Assembly: GCF_018977255.1 (NCBI RefSeq)
Contig: NW_024704742.1
Span: 68,388,001-68,452,000, forward strand
Direction: 5' to 3'
DNA: 64,000 bases
Origin: Callorhinchus milii
Taxonomy: Eukaryota
Position numbers and translations under genes: made by a program. Shown here in pieces: positions 14,067-27,000 of this stretch (its first letter is position 1; each line of letters starts with the position of its first letter). Under the pieces are notes generated by a model. The model saw nothing but the letters and a program-made list of their open reading frames with translations, made no database searches and was not told the origin of the DNA.

Positions 14067-14427
14067 ATATAATAATAATTCTTGCATTTGATATAGTACC
14101 TTATCCCTGTCTTCGAGACACCTTAAAGTGTTCACAGAACATACTGTTAAGTGAATTGACTGTATATTTTGTGGGCGAAATGCAGCAGCACACAGCAGTC
14201 CCACAAACAGTCATGGATTGAGTAAACAAACTATTAAAAAAAATTGAAGGGATTATTACCCCTGGAAAAGCTATCTGCCAATCAACTAACAACCATGTTC
14301 CTACTTACTGTAAGGTAAACAGGGCGTGTGGAGTAAGGAAACTTGCCCAACGTTTTGCCCTGCCGGGAATCGAAGCCAGGTACTCTCATTTGCGAGGCGA
14401 GCGCTCTAACCACAAAGCTACAGGTTT
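14067..14427 (-). mobile_element. tRNA-derived SINE, long subfamily
   Basis: Head, CORE-like segment, Deu-like 3' part and (ATT)n tail. Confidence 0.85.
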
Positions 14428-15081
14428 CTCAGACAGTGACATCATTTGGAACTTTACTCTATATATTGCACTGAATGTCTCCACACAAGAAACATGCATT
14501 ACACTGGGTATAAACTCTGTTGACTTTCCTGTGCTCATAGAGTCAAGTTGAAATAGTCATTCAACTTGATGCTTTATAATGTAAAAAAAAGTTAATGGCA
14601 TCAATCCAAAATTGCTTGTAACATTAATCTTATACTGCATCTTTCTCAATATTTGATCATAGGATTTATCTTGAGAGATTTGAGTGGTCTTATATGTGGG
14701 TGAAGGAAATTTCACTTCCCAAAATTCATACAGGTACATATTAATGCAATTTCTTATGTTCTTATAGGAAATAATATCGCGGGATACAGTATATAGATTG
14801 GGATGTGACATGTGCAGTCGAATGCCAGGATGGTCGGAGGCCAAAAGGATGGACCTTGGTCTTCTTTCGTCAAGCAAATCTTTTAAAATAAAATGTATTC
14901 TTATTTGTTTTTAAAAGTATTATTATAGTATAGATATTGAGATCCAATAGTTCCTGAATATTATTACTAAAGGGATTTTATCATTTTTCAAAAGGCAGCT
15001 TGACTTGTCTATCATTTTAAAACTCCTGTATGCAGGTAGTAAAATTCAAATGTAGGGGACTCACAGCATCATTGGCCATGA

Positions 15082-15445
15082 AGTCCTACAGGTTAGTGGT
15101 TAGAGCACTTGCCTCGCAAGCGTAAGGACTGGGATTTGATTCCTGGACAGGGCGAAATGTTGGGCAAGTTTCCTTACTCTACACGCCTTTGTTTACCTAG
15201 CAGTAAGTAAGAACCCGGTTGTCAGTCGATTGGCGGATCCCTTTTCCGGGGATAATAATGCCTTAAAAAAAGAATTTAGTCACTCAATCCACGATTGGTT
15301 GTGGGACACTGCTATGTGCAATTGGCTGCCATGTTTCGCCCACAAAATACACGTCAATTCACTCTACAGTATATTCTGTGAAGCACTTTGAAATGTCTCA
15401 AAGAAGTGATAAGGCACTATATCAAATGCAACTATTATTATTATA
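15082..15445 (+). mobile_element. tRNA-derived SINE, long subfamily
   Basis: Full-length copy, inverted relative to 14067-14427. Confidence 0.87.
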
Positions 15446-18400
15446 TACTGTATTTTGTGAACCTATCACAAAACCAGATAAACTCTCCAGTTTAGTGACT
15501 CATTAAAAACAAAGTCACTGTCATATAGCATTACTGGTAAGTTACTAATGGTGGCTTGCTCACAGCTTCAGTTTACTCATTCTGCTGATTTTAAAAGCAT
15601 TTTCTCTGACATTTACACCAGAGTGAGTCATGTAGCTAGAAGCTGAAAACTAACCAAATATATGATATTACAATTAATATCTACAATTTCCACTCCTTAT
15701 AAATCAGCATAATCAATTCATGTGGGTAAGATCATGTATTTAAAAGCTCCCTGGGCCTGACGTTACTTAGGAATCTGAAATTGGTAGCTTTCTTGTTCTA
15801 AGCTGCGCTTTTCCACATGCCAATCACTCCCTTACCAAAATAAATGCATTTCCTGTTCTGTTTTGTTGCCCTTTTGAATATAATGGTTTTATTATAAAAT
15901 ATTCTTTAAAATTTGAATATAAGATGTTTTAAAAAGTCAGGAATTTTTATATTTATTTTGATATAGCGATTCGCCCACAAAATAGAGTCAATTTACTTTA
16001 TAGTCTGTGAAGTGCTTTGAGACGTGTCGAAGACAGGATAAGGCGCTATATTAAAAGCAAGGATTATTATTATTAATAAAGAAGATTTTATGATAGGGCA
16101 GAGAACTGTCGAGCCTCACTTTGGAGGGGTCAGCAGTTCCATTAATTGAAGAAACTGAAATGTTGAGACCTTATTGTCAGGGTTAATGAGGTCATTGAAG
16201 GTAGAGCCTAGTTAAGAGAATAGGCGTCAGTACAGCAGGTGTGAGGGGAGCAACCACACTCAGGATACAGATAAATGCACTATATGGGAGTTCTGTTATT
16301 ATTCATTTGATGGCAGTTATTCATATGCATGTCTAAAAAGCTCAATTTAATTTGAAAAAACATTTTGTCTCGTTTATTGATATTAAATATGTGTAAATTT
16401 GTATTGTGTTATGTACTTGTTCATGGCCACAAGCACCATCATCTCTAACATACTTGTATTGGAAATTTCTACACAATTCAAAAATGTATCACTCCAAGCC
16501 CTGCATAATTTTAAACATGACTGTTCTCTTCCTTCTCCCATCCCCCCACCCCCACAGTATACTAGCTCTGCGGAATTAATCTAGCAACCCAATTTTAATG
16601 ATAAATAACTCTTGACTTCTAAGTCATCCCCTTAGCTAAACATCACAACAACGTATTTGCCTTCTTAACTCTATGAGCACACTGACCACTTCACCAAAAC
16701 TCAAAAGATCTTTCTTGTTCTGATATTTCAAGTGTATTTCCATTCTGCGTATTTTTCTGCCCAATCTCAAAGCTGCGTCCTCTAAATCATTCCTGAAGTA
16801 TATGAATAAATATCAAAAACCCGAAAATCTCTGTATAATTCCACTGGACACAGTTCCCAAGTCAGAGCTAATTCCATTTACAGTATCATCATTTGCTCCC
16901 GATTGCAAAGTCATAGATCAATCTAAAGAGCTAATTTGCAATCAATTCCATCAGTAATAACTTTGTTTAAGCCTTCACTCTTCAGTTATTAAATGAAACT
17001 CACCTTGCTTCTAATGGAATCCATAGACAGGAACACAAATTGAAGTTTGCTTTCGAACTAGAACACAAATTTTCAGCAGAGGAAACTAATCAACTCATCG
17101 TGACTCTACTTACTGCTGCTATTCAGTAAACAATTTTTTTTTGCCCCTTTCCTCTTCACAACACTGAGTTATTCCTATAGCTTTCCAAGACAGAACATTT
17201 CACATCTTAGAACATTTGATCCATTGGTCTTCTAATCCTATTACCCTCTTTTTATTGGACTTAATACTCTTACTTCCTATCTATATTCCTATCTATATCC
17301 CTCAAAGACTTAAAATTACTTTTGCACCTATGGGCTTCTATAGTCGTGCATTCCAAGCTTCTTGGTGTAAAGAAATATTTTCTGGACTCACATTGAGCTG
17401 GCTTTACTGTAACTAAGTTCATGCCCATCATTCCCAGGCAACGCTCAAGCCTACTAGTCCCACCATTGTGATTTGTAAGCATTCCTCAAATTCCTCATAA
17501 GGAGGCTACATTTTAATTGTACTTTTTATAATTTACAATTACAACCTCCTATAAAGCTCCGACAACCTCCTATAAAGTATTTGCACTTTTCTATGAGAAC
17601 AGAAAAGGCCGTCTAAAGGATTTAGGGAGGCCTATCGCATGTTGGACAGAATCTGAAGCACAGTATACTTACGCAATATTAAATGAGCTTTCTGTAGGAT
17701 GGGTTTAACTGTTAAAGAAATTTAGGGTCATAATGTCTGATTTACAAAGTGGAAGCATCTCTGCAAATGGTAATGATAATACATTTTTACTAAGGGTATA
17801 ATACTTTTTGGCATTTTGTTACAGCAATGGCACTCATTGGATACCCACACACAATCTTGTAGAGTACTGCACTCTCTTTAGAGAACTCAAAACATAAAAG
17901 AAAGGCCATTTTCTTTATTTTTAAAATATTTTAATAATAATTTATTTGGTGTACCATATAGAACATCTAAACATCTGCCAACCCTTCCCAGGTAATTATT
18001 GTCAGGTGTAGTGACTGTGTAGCCACTTTGCAAACAGCAAAATCTCATAAAATGGGGATAAAGTGAATGATGAATTTATTTGAAGGATCATTTATATCAT
18101 ACTTCAACTGAATGAATCAACAGCTCCAGAAAACTATACAACCAGCCCTGACAAGACATCACATTTTCGGTTAGCCAAATATCTGACATGTGGAAACTTA
18201 TTGCCATCCCTAAAATTATCCATACGAAGCAGAATTCCATGCATGCACCTACACATGGAAATTCCCATGTTTATAATGGAATGCACATTCTCTCTCTGGA
18301 GGGACACTCCTCCTTCTGGAGAGTATTAGGCACAGGATGGTAAGAGCTTAGGCTTGGGACACCACTGGGTACTGGTGTAGTTTAACCAGCTAACACTGCT

Positions 18401-18594
18401 TAGTTTGTCACTGAAATCATGGTCTTCTCAATTTTCCCACTGCTTATTTAGCTAGGACTACCATGTAAGTGTTTCACTTGCAGGGATAACAGGATTTGAA
18501 TGGGATTCAAACTAGTTACTTCAGAAGAATAAGATTCTACACAAAATCAAAAGACCAGTGATTATGGAGTTATCTTCCATTATAATCTTAAAGT

Positions 18595-19059
18595 AATAAC
18601 AATAATAATCCTTGCATTTGATATAGCGCCTTATTACTTTTTCGAGATGTCTCCAAGCGCTTCACAGGATACATTGTAAAGTGAATCGACTGTGTATTCT
18701 GTGGGCGAAACGCAGCATCCAATTGTGCACAGAAGTGTCCCACAAACAATTGTGGATTGAGTGAGTGTCCAAATTATTACTTCTTTTAAAAAAAAGGGAT
18801 TATACCCCCGGAAAAGCGATCTGTCAATCGACTAACAAACAGGTTCCTACTGGCTGCTAGGTAAACAGAGGTGTATATGTGTGTGGAGTAAGGAAACTAT
18901 CAAACAACTGAATTTGAATCGTGAACCTTGTTCACCTAAATTGTCCCATACGCACGAGTGTTTGTTTAGTAAGCCCAACGTTTCGCCCCGACCGGGAATC
19001 AAACCCGGGTCCTCTCGCATGTGAGGCGAGCGCTCTAAACACTATACTACAGGACTCCA
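18595..19059 (-). mobile_element. tRNA-derived SINE, long subfamily, with a 74-bp insertion (18899-18972)
   Basis: SINE sequence is continuous across the insert (AAGGAAACT|...|GCCCAACG). Confidence 0.87.
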
Positions 19060-19657
19060 GATTTGGACGCTTAAAAAGTATTCACACACGCGCGCACGCA
19101 TGGGACAATTTAGGTGAACAAGGTTCATGATTTATATTCAGTTGTTTGATACTAGGCGTTGCAGTCTCAAATTGTGAATATGTGTCTCAATCGGTAGGGA
19201 GAAGATGCTTGTGAGAGTAATTCTTCATATGATGAACTCCCATTCTCAACCTTGCCATCTATTTCCCAATAGAGAAAAACGGTTATTCAGGCTGCTTTTG
19301 GCTGCAACTCAACATAGGCAGACACTAACTACTGTGCTGTTCAGTCATCTTGAGAAGAGGTACATTGGGGTGTGGAAGGGAAAGAAGGATTTATCAAGAG
19401 GAGAAACTAAAAGTAAAATAAGCATAAAGTTGAATCAAGAGATTGAATACAATAAACGGTCCTGGCATCAGTACCCCACATCTCACTGTCATAACACTTC
19501 CCTTTGTTGAAGCTTTCTTGCAGCTTTGACAACAAAACTAGACCAAACAACAGCTTTAAATGATAATGGTAACTGTGTAATGGAAATAAATGAAGCCCAG
19601 TTCATGAGAAATGGAAGTAAGGGAAACTGTTACATTGCCTAATATACAAATTCTTAC

Positions 19658-19678
19658 CTGTGCCTGCAGTTTTGCCAT
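19658..19678 (-). CDS. PTPRA: Candidate 21-nt micro-exon of the PTPRA ectodomain, encoding (D)GKTAGT
   Basis: ctctttttttacag|ATGGCAAAACTGCAGGCACAG|gtaaga. Strong splice sites, frame-preserving (phase 1-1), in the same intron position as the known 27-nt alternative exon of mammalian PTPRA. Confidence 0.65.
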
Positions 19679-20501
19679 CTGTAAAAAAAGAGATGTTATT
19701 AATAATTGAAATACCTGCTGCCAGTACAAGAAAAGTTAGTTCATCTTTTCAATTAATAATCGCTGCATCCCAACCCTAATTATTTGTCTGAAATTGCCAA
19801 TTACAGCAATGACATAGCTGGATACAGAGGGAAGTTTACCAGATGGTGTGTTCAATGGTTAGCTCCATGGTTTTAGTTGGTCACACACACTCTGGGTCCC
19901 CAAGCCATAGTTCTTACCAAACCGTACTTGATATGTTTCGGGATTCGAGAAGCAGTATATGCCATTTCAGATAAAGGGAAATTTCCATGCATATGTGGAA
20001 TCCTGTCTGGTTTTGGTACTCTTAAGCATGACAATGGGTTTCTGCATAGATCAAATGTCCAACTGCCAAACACTTATATAGTGCCTTCCTCACTTAAACC
20101 TTATGTGCTTGACAAATATGGTGACAGACACTGAACAGAAAAATAAGGTTTAAAGATGTTGGTCATGAGATACATTTTTGGAAAACGAAATGGTTTTCAA
20201 AGAGATTTCCAGAAGGTAACAACAACAACAACTTGGATTTATATAGTGCCCTCCACGCCGGACGGCGTCTCAGAGTGCTTTACAGTGACGGATCCTGGGC
20301 CGAGTCAGGGGGAAGGGGAGGAAGGTGACCAAAGGCACGGTCGAAAAGAAAGGTCTTCAGCAGAGAAGATGTCTAAAGACTTGGGTGACTGATAGTGGAG
20401 CATAGAGAGGAACAATCAATAGACAAGAATCATAAGTGTGGAAAGTACTACAATACCTGGAAACTAATGTATATATAGGATGGTAAACAATGGAGGAATT
20501 T

Positions 20502-20830
20502 GAGTCCCATAGCACAGTGACTGGCAAGCGAGAGGAACCGGGTTTGATTCCCGGGCAGTGCAAAATCGTTCTCAAGCTTCCGTATTCCACACGCTTCTGC
20601 TTAACTAGCAGTAAGTAGGAACCCGGTTGTTAGTCGAAAGTCGGATCACTTTCTGGGGGTAATCTCTCCCCCAAAAAATAAATGAATAAAAATTGGTCAC
20701 TCAATTCACAACTGTTTGTGGAACACTTCTGTGGCCATTGGTTACCATACTTAGCCCATAAAAAATACAGTCAATTCACTTTACCAATATATTCTATGAA
20801 GTGCTGTATCAAATGCAAGGATGATTCTTA
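20502..20830 (+). mobile_element. tRNA-derived SINE, long subfamily, tail hairpin deleted
   Basis: Homology to 15082-15445. Confidence 0.8.
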
Positions 20831-21675
20831 TTAATTTTATCTTAAACTCAATCTTTTGGGGGGCTGTGGCCAACTTGGCAAGAAATGAGGCAATAGTGTG
20901 CAAAGAGAGAGGAAAGATTTGGGCTGCAGAATTCTGGAACGCTTCAAGCTTCTCGAGAATGGAACTTCTGAGCTTTGGATAAATGTCACGTGTGGCAACA
21001 AAGGCAATGAATCACTATTATTTTGCTACTTGCCTGCAAACTATTTTGATGTTTGGGTGCTGTGCAACATTACCTCCAAGTAACTAACATCTGTGCTCTA
21101 AATGTTTTGTCTAATTTATACAAGGTCAAGAACAATGAATTAATTTCTCTCAGGGGTTTACATATTTGTGAAATGCACATAGCAGATGCAAAGTAACAGA
21201 TTTTATTAGTGTATCGAAAGCAACTTATCTCTGCTATAATGCAAGAAAATCATTAGTTTACCTACTCAGTGGCTCTAATGCCCGTTCTAAAATGTGAAAT
21301 GTTCAAACCACACACATACTACAATGCAAGCTAACTCTTAAAAAAATATATAAATGAAATCTCCAGGTCCATTTCCTTATTATGGCCTTGACAATTTTTC
21401 AACTAATATTTGAATTTAAGCATTCCCATCTTTAAAGACCTTTGCATCTGTGCTTCTATAGTTCTCTGCTAAACCACTTCATTGAGAAAGTCACCCTTTT
21501 CCTTTTCCTTCCTCCCAAACGATAATAGTGAGCCACATACACCCAAATAATTCGAACCAGCACCTTTGCTAATTTGAAAACAATACAGATAGTAGGTCTT
21601 TGAGTGCGTGAGTGACAATGAGTGATTGAGAGTTTCTGCCTTTCCGTGAGCTTGGGTGCATCTCTCTCTCTATTC

Positions 21676-21920
21676 ACAACAACAACAAAGTTACATTTGT
21701 ATTGCGTCTTTCATATCGGGAGGACGTCCCAAGGCACTGGACAATCAGTGTTTCAGACCCGAGCTGGGGGTAGGGATTGCGGAGGGTGCGGGTAGAAGAG
21801 GGTGACCATAGGCACGGTCGAAGAGGAGGGTCTTGAGATGAGTCACGAAGGAGGCAAGGGATGGGGCGAGGCGTAGGGACTGCGTGATTGAGTTCCAGAA
21901 GGTGGGGACCTGTCCAGCAC
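21676..21920 (-). mobile_element. L2 3' end
   Basis: (AAC)n tail and TCGGGAGGACGTCCCAAGGC stem-loop; reverse complement of 23020-23239. Confidence 0.8.
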
Positions 21921-22109
21921 ATGCTGCTCTAGTAAAATTGTGAACCAGATTATCTCATACACACATGTAACTAAATAATTTTGTCAATATCGCAGCCAGA
22001 CTTTATTGATGAGGATGAGTGAGCAGTACTTCAGAATTCTCCAAGCTGAATTCCACCTGGCCACCCCATTCCACTAATCTGTCTTGTCTTCTGTAAGCTT
22101 CTGCTGCCT

Positions 22110-23239
22110 TCGACTATTTGATCTTTCTGTTGCCTTTGACACCGCTGACTACGCCATCCTCATCCATCACCTCTTCTCTCACCTCAACCTTCATGGCTCT
22201 GTCCTTGACTGGTTCAGATCGTACCTCTCACATTGCCTCCACTTCATCTCCACAAATGGCTTCTCCTCTAGCACCCGCACAGTCCTTAGGGATCTATCTT
22301 TGGTCCCCTCCACTTCAATATGTATATGCTCCCTCTTGGTGACATCATCCGCAGACATGGGGTCAACTTCCACATGTATGCAGATGACACCCAACCCTAT
22401 CTCTCTGCCTCCACCCTTGACTCCAGGACCGCTGCTGTCCTGATAGAATGTCTGTCAGACATCAAGTCCTGGATGAGAGCTAACTTTCTTCAGTTAAACG
22501 TCAACAAGACCGAGGCTCTCCTGATTTGCTCCCGTCAGCACCTCCTCACCTCAGGCGCTGACAGTATCATCATCATCTGTGCCATGACGTGCTCAGCCTT
22601 CCCCGACCTCAACAACATCGCCCGGCTCCGCCGCTATTTCACATCACAGGCCGCCGAAACCCTCATACGCAAATTCATTGCATTGAGGCTTGACTATGCA
22701 AACTCCTTGCTTATCGGCCTCCCCAACTCCTCCCTCCATACACTACAGATCATCCAGAACTCTGCAGCCCGAGTTCTCTCCCACACCAGGCTCTGTGACC
22801 CTATCACCCCCATCCTCGCCCGACTCCATTGGCTTCCCATCACACAGAGGATACAGTTCAAGATCCTGGTCCTCACCTTCAAAGCCCTGCATGGTCTTGC
22901 TCCCCCCTACCTCTGCGAACTCCTAACGCCTACCATCCTGCCCGCTCTCTCCTCTCAGCGGTCTCCAGCCTGCTTCACGTCCCACCAATGGCGGGAGGGC
23001 CTTCTGCTACTCTGCCCCCACCAACTCCATCCTACAGTCCCTCTGCCTCGCCACCTCCCTTGCCTCCTTCAAGACCCATCTCAAGACCCACCTTTTCGAC
23101 TGTGCTTTCGATCACCCTGCTTCCCCCCCGCCCTCCACCCTACCCAATCCCGATCCCCAGCTGAAACTCTTGACTGTACAGCGCCTTGCGACGTCCTCCC
23201 GATGTGAAAGGTGCTATACAAATGTAATTTTGTTGTTGT
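22110..23239 (+). mobile_element. 5'-truncated L2 LINE (RT C-terminal half and 3' tail)
   Basis: DLSVAFDT, FHMYADDTQ, RLDYANSLL, LHWLPI..RIQFKIL motifs (ORF 22320..23207); tail GACGTCCTCCCGATGTGAAAGGTGCTATA...(TTG)n. Confidence 0.92.
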
Positions 23240-23922
23240 GCTTTTGTCCATAACTTACCAATAGAAACAAGAAGAATTCAGAATCATTTTACTGCAGTAT
23301 AAATACCATAATTTTCTATCACCAACTGATTATAGATATCATGCTCCCAAAACCCAACTCCAATCACTGAACTTGACAATAATAATATAGTACAATATAT
23401 GGAGACATTTCAACATAAGATTCTATAAAATGTAAGTCCTTTCTTTGAAGAATGCGTGTGGAAACCAAAGAAAATGCACGGGCCTTAGAATGCCCTCCCA
23501 CATGAAAGTCGCTAATCCAATATAATTTTTTTGTTGTTGTAGTCCATGATAAGGAAAAAAGGGGGAAAAGAGCATCTATGAGCATCTATGATATTCTGTT
23601 CCATCTCACCCTTCAATTCATAAAAATCAGATGATATGCTTAAATTCAAATACTAGAAGATCCCGACAAGAAAAATGTTGTTAAGAGAAATGATATGCAA
23701 AAATATTTTATAATTTTATAATAAGCGATTTAATGAAGTTTTCAAATGACAGCTCATTTTTAAAATATCAATTTTCTGGTTTCTTAAATACGAATGCTAC
23801 AATTCCCACTTACCAAAATAGTCAGTTAATTAAAACACTGCATAGCCACAAGAGGATTTACTATTGAAAATCTCTATTGAAAAGTGACTCAAAAGAATGG
23901 GTCAGGGTGAAATTTTCTTTAC

Positions 23923-24198
23923 CTGTTGTGAGGATAGTCGTCTCAGCTGAGGAGTCATTTGCTTTGCCTTGTGCTGTTGTAAATGGCTTGACTGTTGTAT
24001 TAGAAATAATCACTTCTTGATGAGCTAGTGTTGTTCCTGTAGTTACAGCTGTAGTCGAAGTCCCATTGACTGCATTGGTTGTATTCGACATTTGTGAATC
24101 CTCTTCAGTTACATTCAAGGGCAGTCCTGGGCTGGTAGTTGTCTGGATTGTGGAGTTTTCTCCTTGTTTACTTGTGTTGGAGGGGACGGTGGCAAAAA
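23923..24198 (-). CDS. PTPRA: PTPRA Ser/Thr-rich mucin-like ectodomain exon
   Basis: ttttag|TTTTTGCC...ACAG|gtaaag; 276 nt, phase 1-1, in frame with the preceding exon. Encodes (V)FATVPSNTSKQGENST...SAETTILTT with 7 N-x-S/T sequons. Lies within ORF 23861..24220. Confidence 0.9.
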
Positions 24199-25040
24199 CT
24201 AAAATTGAAAAGTAAAGCACAAACTGAAACTACCTAAGTGGATGTGTAAAAAGTAAATTTTCACGTGAATGAAAAATGAGCAACAAATTAAATAAGAGTG
24301 CACAATAGAAAATGTTTTTCGTATCCCACACCTATTAACTATTGCAAACTAAGTTTAATTGTTCTACTATACCAGAGAGAACAAAGAAGACAAAACCATA
24401 ACATATTTTATAATCCACCCAATCTATTTCAAATAATGGAGCAGTTCATTCCATATTGGCATAACTAGGAACCCATTATGTTATTAGCAGTAAGTAGGAA
24501 CCTAGTTGTTAGTACTGGACACCAATTTCAGTGCTGATCAGTTATAACGCATTGCTTTACAGTATGATTTGGGTTTTTAAGATGATTGCAATATGAACCT
24601 TACTCAATACCCATGAGCGCAACTGGCCTGCTGGCTTTCTCACACCAGCCAGTCCTTGCACTAAAATGGGTTATTTGATCATCACCAATGTCACATCATG
24701 TCTGCTGCGTAAACGTAAGAAGCGACATTTGCAGAGATTTGATGACTGTGAAGTTGCCATTGCTTAGCATGGTAACTCAGAGGGCATGGGCAATGAGCCA
24801 GCTGGCTATGTTAATACAAGGGTTGGGATTTTATAGATCCTAACCACCACATCACTATTGTATAAAAATGAATTACACTCTTCTAATTCCCATCCCATAC
24901 TAAAAGGGACAGTGAGAGTAAGTGATATATGTCAAAACTTTTTTTATTATACACTGAATGTAGTAATTTGTAAAATTAATACAGGTGAATGAATTTAAGA
25001 TGATATTGGCTGGAAGCTCATATTAGCATCCTTCACTTAC

Positions 25041-25110
25041 CTGTTGCTTTGTTTGCTGTGAGACATATCAAACAACTGCTTACTAGTAAAAGCAGAAACC
25101 AGGTATCCAT
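25041..25110 (-). CDS. PTPRA: PTPRA first coding exon (signal peptide); whole exon is 25041-25117 including 7 nt of UTR
   Basis: Minus strand reads ttttcag|CATTGCC ATG...ACA G|gtaagt. Translation MDTWFLLLLVSSCLICLTANKAT closely resembles the human PTPRA N-terminus MDSWFILVLLGSGLICVSANNAT. Ends in phase 1. Confidence 0.93.
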
Positions 25111-26799
25111 GGCAATGCTGAAAATAAAAGTGGAAATTCATCACCTTTTCATACCGAAACATACTTTGCCATAATATCTATAACTACCATTCATCATTAA
25201 GAATAAACAGCAATACGCATATACAAGTATTGATATTAAGATTTTTCCTAAAATTAAGAGACTCAGTTCACATTGAATAAAAAAATTAATGAAAATCCCA
25301 GATGTAATGTTTCTTATGGAAATTATCAGCTCATGCAAGTGACTGAATTAAGAAGAGGCATTTTTTTGGGACATATCGTTTACATCAACAACTTGTATTT
25401 ATATAAAGCCCTTCACGAGGGGTGGCGTCTTGGAGCACTTAACGTTAATTGAGCTTGACACCGAGCCGGGGAAAGAGGTTAGGAAACTGTAGGCACGTTC
25501 GAAGAGGAAGATCTTTTAATGCATGACTGGTTTGCAATACAACACCAGTTTGCCTTTCCTACATATCTCCTTCTATCATTCAACTATTAAAAAGTGTGTT
25601 TTACTGCCACAGCTGATGGTCTCACTTTTAATGCTCTCTTTCTGTCCCACCTCCTCACTCGTTTCTCACCTCACAGCGCCTTGGGACGTCCTCCCGACTT
25701 GAAAGGCGCTCAATAAATGGAATCTTGTTGTTGTTGTTGTTGCTAACTCTAGAGATTGTGAGTGCTGTAATATATCTAGTCCTGGTGACAAAATACAGAA
25801 GCTCAAGTCTTGAAAGGCCAGAGGCGAGAGTGCTAACCACTGCACCAGGCTGACACACAGACCAGTTTATTTGCAGTATTGTTTATCATGATACTGAACT
25901 GTTCAATTTCAGCAACAAACTAACAGAAATTGTGCACCTATATCTGAAGGTTTTTAAAAATATAACCCAGTACTACAGGTAGCTTTCCTTGGCTTAAGAA
26001 AAACACTTCAGAAACTATTTAGATTCAATCTGGTATTGTACATTAGTCAATAAGGGTCCATTTTGAATAGTATAGTCGGTCGTACTCGTCTCCTTAACAT
26101 TAGAAAAAGACATATGTGCTGACAAGTAGAGCTTTGCTTAGTTGCTTAGTTGCTACTAAAAGCGAGGGTGAGCGGGCAAGTATAAATTATGTTTACCACT
26201 TCATAAAGCTCTATTCTCAGATAAAAAGTGACAAAGACAAATTAAAGGAAGGGGCAAAATATGTTCAGAAAGGCCACAATGACGTAAGATGGTCAAAGCT
26301 GACATCTTTAGCTACATATAATGTACTAGGTTACGCGTGGATTATGTAACTGATTGCTGTTCGGAACTTTCCACGTTCCTTATCCAAATATTGACAGAAG
26401 ATTAATTGAATTTGCCTAAGCAAATCTGGTCACACCAGACACCTGAGATCTGGGTTGATATGAAATTTTAATACTGCAGCCTGGTGGAAATTTTTACATT
26501 GAGAAAGCTAAATTTGCAAATAGATTGGTCATCCAAGATGTGATAAGGTGCTACATCAAATGCAAGGATTATTATTATTCACTTTTTGGCTGCTTGTAGG
26601 ACCTTGCTTTGCGCTAATGTGAAGCTCCTGTTAACCCTGCAAGCCAAAGCTCTAACAGGTAGGGTGGTCCTAATAGGACAAGTAGTGAGAAGCTTATCAG
26701 AAAGTGCTCCTAATGGCAAACTATACTGTTTCAGCTGGTTGAGCTCCAACACTCACTTTGGGGTCTCCAAACCTTGTTTCTTACCAACCCATGCTTAAT

Positions 26800-27000
26800 A
26801 CAACAACAACTTGGATTTACATAGCTTCCTCCATGCCGGACGGCGTCTCAGAGCACTTCAGTGACGGATCCCGGGGCCGAGCCAGGGGGAGGGGGAGGAA
26901 GGTGACCAAAGGCGCGGTTGAAAGAAAGGTCTTTAGCCGAGGCCTGAAAATAGGAAGAGAGGGGGCGAGGCAACGGGAGTGAGGAAGGGAGTCCCAGAGC
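26800..27000 (-). mobile_element. L2 3' end, same subfamily as 42912-46023 and 20219-20360
   Basis: Shared tail CAACAACAACTT.GATTTA.ATAG..CCTCCA.GCCGGAC.GCGTCTCAGAG. Confidence 0.8.

Noticed and set aside
22320..23207. Longest ORF (295 aa) as a host gene or retron-like RT
   Set aside because: It is the C-terminal part of an L2 LINE RT, truncated, frameshifted and followed by an L2 tail.
23861..24220. Stand-alone secreted mucin-like ORF, or an EMCN/CD34-like gene
   Set aside because: Splice sites and the neighbouring exons identify it as a PTPRA exon; the ORF ends are intronic.
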